A DNA stretch of 20,000 nt from an uncultured virus (IMG/VR IMGVR_UViG_3300030099_001885) (Duplodnaviria; Heunggongvirae; Uroviricota; Caudoviricetes): the IMG/VR virus record IMGVR_UViG_3300030099_001885, positions 47,273 to 67,272 of that record, one strand, 5' to 3'. The translations under genes were made by a program, and so were the position numbers. The notes under the pieces are model-generated. The model worked only from the letters and a program-made list of their open reading frames with translations, did no database searches and was not told the origin of the DNA. Positions 15,517-20,000 of the stretch are shown here, piece after piece (the stretch's first letter is position 1; each line of letters opens with the position of its first letter).

Positions 15517-17210
15517 TGGAAATACCATCAGAAATGAAGGATGATTTTAGAAATCACCTTTGGGCGTGCTTTAAATACTTAGGTCTGGGTGAGCCAACAC
15601 CTGTACAATATGCCATGGCAGATGCTCTTCAGAATGGTCCAAACGATATGCAACTACAAGCTGGACGGGGTTTTGGTAAATCTGTTATTACTGCCTGTCT
15701 AGCTTCTTGGTTTCTTGTAAGAGATCAAAACTCAACTATTATGGTTGTGTCTGCTACTGGCAATAAAGCGGTAGAGTTTATCAGTATGACTCGTAGAATT
15801 TTAGATCTTGTTCCTTACTGTGAACATCTTAGACCGGGGGATCATACAACGGATAATGCTTTTGGTTTTAACGTAGAGTCTAGGACTCGTATTGGGCAAG
15901 ATAAGTCCTGTTATGCTAAAGGTATTACTGCTCAGATCACAGGGTCGCACGCAGAGTATCTTATCTTTGACGATGTTGAGATTGAAGGTAACTGTGAGAC
16001 TGCTGTTACTCGGCAAAAACTATTAAACAAATGTCTGGAAGCAGAACAAATTCGGAACGTGGGTGGGCGTGTTATCTTTCTAGGTACTCCTCAGATTAAA
16101 GATAGTATCTACAACCAATTAAAAACAGGCTACCCAGTAGTAAAGTTCCCTGCTGTTATGCCAGATAAGAATGTAGAATCTGAGTGTGAGGATGTTTCGC
16201 CATGGATCTTTGAGCAAGGCTTTGAAGCTGGAGATCCAACGCAACCAGAAAGATTTAGTTTGGAGATTCTGATGGAGCGTCAAGCAAAGGTAGGACCCAC
16301 GCTCTTCAGTCTCCACTATAAACTAGATACTAGTCTAGCCGATAAAGATAAGTATCCTCTTAAGTTACAAGATCTTATTGTTTTGGATCTAAGTCCAGAG
16401 CTAGCCCCTGAAAAAATTATCTGGGCTACATCTACTCCTAATAGAAAGATACCATCTTTTGGTATGTCAGGAGATTGTATCTATGACCCTATGTGGATAT
16501 CAAATGAGTTTACAGAATATCAAGATAGGATTATGTTTATTGACCCTTCTGGTAGAGGTAAAGATGAAACGGGAGTATGTATTGCTAGTTTTAGTAATGG
16601 TTATATTTTTGTGCATGAATTATTGGGCTTAGAAGGAGGCTATGATCAAACTGTTCTTCGTAAAATTACTAAGCTAGCCTATGAATATGAGGTTAATCAT
16701 ATCAGAATTGAATCCAATTATGGCGATGCTATGTTTAATTCTTTGTTAAGACCTGTAATTGTAGAAGCCTGCGGACAGGTGGCTATTGAGGAATATAGAG
16801 TAACGGGACAGAAAGAGCGTAGAATGCTTGCCGCTCTGGAGCCTACAATGGCCCAGCACAGGCTTGTATTCGATAAAAAGCCCGCAAGGGATGAAACGAA
16901 CCAGAGGCAGCTCACACGGCTTACAGAGCGGCGTGGGAGCCTTACACACGATGACCGTGTAGATGTATTGTCGGCGGCGTGTATGTACTGGGAGGAGCGG
17001 CTACATGTCAATGTAGACCATGTGATTCGGAAACGAAAAGAGCAAGCTCACATGGATACTATTGAAATGTGGCAATCTGATAAACGAGTAGAGGGATTAT
17101 TTGGTGACAAATTATCTGGTGCTTTGAGACACCATGATGATATTTATAAAAATAACCAGCCCAAAAAAGTGGGACGATCTGGTAGAATGCAATGGGGAAG
17201 GAGAGTCTAA
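15516..17210 (+). CDS. terL: Terminase large subunit (T7 gp19-like)
   Basis: Walker A 'QAGRGFGKS', Walker B 'YLIFDDVE', motif III 'FLGTPQ', 'PTQPERF', nuclease 'FIDPSGRGKDET', 'ESNYGD.MF', 'HDDRVD'. Confidence 0.97.
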   Translation: MEIPSEMKDDFRNHLWACFKYLGLGEPTPVQYAMADALQNGPNDMQLQAGRGFGKSVITACLASWFLVRDQNSTIMVVSATGNKAVEFISMTRRILDLVPYCEHLRPGDHTTDNAFGFNVESRTRIGQDKSCYAKGITAQITGSHAEYLIFDDVEIEGNCETAVTRQKLLNKCLEAEQIRNVGGRVIFLGTPQIKDSIYNQLKTGYPVVKFPAVMPDKNVESECEDVSPWIFEQGFEAGDPTQPERFSLEILMERQAKVGPTLFSLHYKLDTSLADKDKYPLKLQDLIVLDLSPELAPEKIIWATSTPNRKIPSFGMSGDCIYDPMWISNEFTEYQDRIMFIDPSGRGKDETGVCIASFSNGYIFVHELLGLEGGYDQTVLRKITKLAYEYEVNHIRIESNYGDAMFNSLLRPVIVEACGQVAIEEYRVTGQKERRMLAALEPTMAQHRLVFDKKPARDETNQRQLTRLTERRGSLTHDDRVDVLSAACMYWEERLHVNVDHVIRKRKEQAHMDTIEMWQSDKRVEGLFGDKLSGALRHHDDIYKNNQPKKVGRSGRMQWGRRV

Positions 17211-17827
17211 TGGTAGCAACACTAGTAGGAATGCAAGTAGCTGGTCAAATTATGGGCAGTATTATGGGTGGCTATGCCAAAGCAGAACAATATGCCCGTC
17301 AAGATATGGCGTTCCAACAACAAGAATTTCAAAGACAATTAGAAGTTGATAATCAGAACTATATTATTAATCAACAAAATGCCAATAGATTAATTAGAAA
17401 TAGAACTATTGCAACCAGCGGAGCTAAACAACTTGAATCTCAACTACAACAAAATCTAGAGGGTATGCAGGGTTCGCTTCGAGCTTTGACAAATGCGGCT
17501 GCTGACGCTGACTCTAAACTTAAAAGTGGCATGCAAGGTAAGAATATTGCAAGTGGTGTAGGTACAGCTGCTGCATTAATGCGTATGTCTATTGCTAATC
17601 GAAGAAGAAGTTTTAGAAATTTAGAACAACAAAAAAAGATTGCAGATCAAAATGCTCGCAATCAATATCAAAATTTATTAAATCAAAGAGATATGAATAT
17701 GCAAGCTAATACTCACTTTATTGCAGGAGTTAGTCCTGCAGGTGATCCCGGTTCAGCTATTACTGCTGGTTGGATTGGTGCCGCTGGTTCAGCAGCTGGT
17801 GCATACTTTGGCTCGAAAGCAGAATAA
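17210..17827 (+). CDS. Internal virion (ejection) protein, T7 gp14-like
   Basis: Likely start ATG17210 (TAATG overlap with terL; AAGGAG at 17198-17203) rather than 17192. 205 aa with G/A/M-rich hydrophobic termini, a Q-rich coiled-coil middle and an 'ASGVG' motif. Confidence 0.7.
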   Translation: MVATLVGMQVAGQIMGSIMGGYAKAEQYARQDMAFQQQEFQRQLEVDNQNYIINQQNANRLIRNRTIATSGAKQLESQLQQNLEGMQGSLRALTNAAADADSKLKSGMQGKNIASGVGTAAALMRMSIANRRRSFRNLEQQKKIADQNARNQYQNLLNQRDMNMQANTHFIAGVSPAGDPGSAITAGWIGAAGSAAGAYFGSKAE

Positions 17828-17837
17828 GGAGTAACTA

Positions 17838-20000
17838 ATGCCAAGATCAGATGAAAAGAGACAAAGACAGGGGCGACCACGAAATCCGTATTCTCCATAT
17901 AGCAATAGAGCTCAAGTTATGGGAGAACAGTTTGAACAAACTCTAGGCAATCAGCAAAGAAATGTGTTTATTCAACCACAACGAGATATTGTAGATCAAC
18001 CCGGGCAACTCTCTTTTGGTAATATGACTCCGGGTCCTTCTGGGGGACTTGAGGTTTTAAGATCTTTGGCAGGAGCTATGACTTCTGGGGTACAAGCTTA
18101 CAATGCTGTGTATCAAGACAGAGTTAAAAGAGATAAGAAAAAAATTGATGATGCTTTGGACAAGGACTATGTTGTTCTTAGGAATCAAGCTGTAGAAAAA
18201 GATGCTAATGGTAATGTTATTCTTGATCCTGTTACTAAACAACCTAAACTTAAAATAGATCCTCAGACAGGTCAGCCTGTTGCACTGAGTGATGGTGGTG
18301 AAGATACCTTTATTGAGCTGGGTTCCGAGGAGCATACAAGGTTAGTAGAACAATTACAAGCTGGTGCTACTGATTTTACTTTGATTGATGACAAAGGCAG
18401 AACGGGGACGCATAAGTTAACAATTCTGCGAGATCTAATGAAGACTTCTATGAAAGATAATAGAAGATATGTTAGACAAAATATGCTTAGACTTGGTGAG
18501 AGAGTTCAAGGTGATTTGGATAGGGATATGATTAATGAAGCTGGTCTAGCTTTTAATGCTGCCAATGATATTAATAATCCAAATAGAGCAGAAGACTTAC
18601 AAGAATGGAAAGATAAGTACGAAGACTTTGCTGTACCGGGATCTACCTTTGCTGAGTGGTTCCAAGGACAAGAATACAACATGCAACAGCGTGAAGCTGA
18701 ATCCATGGATCAACGCATGTTTGATATGGCAGAAGAGGCTCTGAGCGAGTACATAACAAAGATTGAAGAGCAAGGTCCTAATGCTGTCATGAATGTAACA
18801 AGAGCTGATTTAGAACAAGCTCTAATTGATGCTGGAGTCTATGAAGAAATCTTAGGTCCAGCTACAGCGGCAGGCCCCATTAATCGACAACAATTCTTAG
18901 ATGATTACTTTGATAAGTTTGAAAATCGTTATCGAAGATTAGATAATATTATTGATAGAGCGGATCGTAGAGTTAGAAGCACAATTTCTAATAAAGTTGA
19001 AGAGTTTAGAAAAGCAGGATTGGCTGCTAAAACAGAACAATATAAATCATCTGAACATTTAGATTCTAAGCTGCAGTTGTTAGATCCCTATGTTGATGCT
19101 TTGGTTTTAGATTTTGCAACAAAGAATAATTACAAGACTACTGATAAAGAAGTTAAAGTTGAAGAAGCACGGATTAGAGAAGAGTTATACAGAGATGCTT
19201 TCTTAGACATGATGAAAAAAATTGGAGATAATCCAGAACTTATTCAACAGTATGCTGCTGACTTTGATATTAGTTTAGCCTCATTTCCTACAGGTGAAGA
19301 CTTTGTAGAATTAGCTGCTAGAAGCATGGCTAGAAGATTTGATGTCAATATTGATGATGAAACCGTTTATACGGAAGCACATATTGAAATTGCTGAAGAA
19401 AGATATTTGAGAAACAGAGCGTTTGAGCAAGCTCGTATTGATAACTATATTGCAAAAAATAATGGCTATTCAAGTAGAGATATTATTGACGATATGCAGA
19501 TGATGGAAGAAGATCGTCAAAGAATAGCAGCTGCTACAACTAAAGAAGAAAAGGTTGAAGTCTTAACAGAGTTAGGTTTTTTAACCCCTCTTGATAGCAC
19601 TGATGCATTTTTAGCCAACTATTTAGGTAGTGATGATTTTGTTAACTTACAAACACAGTTAAGAGAAAACTATCGTAATGTAAAACTTGCTGGTGAAGTA
19701 ACAGCTGCAGGAGAGAGTGCTATTACTGAACAAAATTATCAAGCTGTTCTTGCAGATCGTGATACAAAAATTCCAGAATTATTTCAAACTTACATTGCTA
19801 CTTCTGGTATTCAATGGTCTGCTTTAACAAGTAATGATTTGGCTGTAATTGATGGCAATCCAGATGTTTTTGATATTGTAGATTTAATTACAGATGAAGA
19901 GATTTATGACTTTATGGTTGACTTGATTGGTCCTAATAAAGCTAGAGAATTTGGTCATACAGCTGATGGCCCATCATCTTTGCGGTTATTGAGACTGGGT
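17838..20000 (+). CDS. Large internal virion protein (gp15-like), 3'-truncated, >=721 aa
   Basis: Absent from the ORF track because there is no stop. TAAGGAG RBS, ATG17838 (MPRSDEKRQRQGRPRNPYS...), frame open to the window end; P/Q-rich N-terminus, 'LEVLRSLAGAMTSG', then a helical acidic body; follows the gp14-like gene. Confidence 0.7.
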   Translation, partial: MPRSDEKRQRQGRPRNPYSPYSNRAQVMGEQFEQTLGNQQRNVFIQPQRDIVDQPGQLSFGNMTPGPSGGLEVLRSLAGAMTSGVQAYNAVYQDRVKRDKKKIDDALDKDYVVLRNQAVEKDANGNVILDPVTKQPKLKIDPQTGQPVALSDGGEDTFIELGSEEHTRLVEQLQAGATDFTLIDDKGRTGTHKLTILRDLMKTSMKDNRRYVRQNMLRLGERVQGDLDRDMINEAGLAFNAANDINNPNRAEDLQEWKDKYEDFAVPGSTFAEWFQGQEYNMQQREAESMDQRMFDMAEEALSEYITKIEEQGPNAVMNVTRADLEQALIDAGVYEEILGPATAAGPINRQQFLDDYFDKFENRYRRLDNIIDRADRRVRSTISNKVEEFRKAGLAAKTEQYKSSEHLDSKLQLLDPYVDALVLDFATKNNYKTTDKEVKVEEARIREELYRDAFLDMMKKIGDNPELIQQYAADFDISLASFPTGEDFVELAARSMARRFDVNIDDETVYTEAHIEIAEERYLRNRAFEQARIDNYIAKNNGYSSRDIIDDMQMMEEDRQRIAAATTKEEKVEVLTELGFLTPLDSTDAFLANYLGSDDFVNLQTQLRENYRNVKLAGEVTAAGESAITEQNYQAVLADRDTKIPELFQTYIATSGIQWSALTSNDLAVIDGNPDVFDIVDLITDEEIYDFMVDLIGPNKAREFGHTADGPSSLRLLRLG

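Noticed and set aside
17192..17209. Upstream ATG17192 as start of the gp14-like gene
   Set aside because: RBS position and TAATG coupling favour ATG17210.
1..20000. tRNA, CRISPR array, intein/intron, stop-codon reassignment; remaining short minus-strand and nested ORFs
   Set aside because: No cloverleaf or repeat-spacer pattern seen; TerL has normal length; genes read uninterrupted in code 11; the short ORFs overlap confident + strand genes.

Overview
Late (virion morphogenesis and packaging) region of an AT-rich T7-like podovirus, probably uncultured. All credible genes are on the + strand and tightly packed, with AGGAG-type RBSs and TAATG/ATGA overlaps. Gene order: 5'-truncated LamG-like protein; three very basic micro-ORFs interleaved with a PCPFA-motif protein; two putative virion proteins flanking a holin-like/u-spanin-like pair; scaffold; major capsid protein with an in-frame acidic C-terminal extension; T-phi-like terminator; tail tubular protein A; a 1420-aa tail tubular protein B; an Mtd_N-anchored fibre protein, a large Cys-rich protein broken by a 10-N gap and a small CxxC protein; TerS; a small TM/coiled-coil protein; TerL; gp14-like and 3'-truncated gp15-like ejection proteins. 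Most notable are the Cys-rich three-gene adsorption module, the enlarged nozzle with FliD/flagellin-IN-like repeats, the basic-peptide cluster, the minimal u-spanin, the rearranged gene order and the apparent complete avoidance of CCWGG. Family assignments come from motif recognition by eye; no searches were run.
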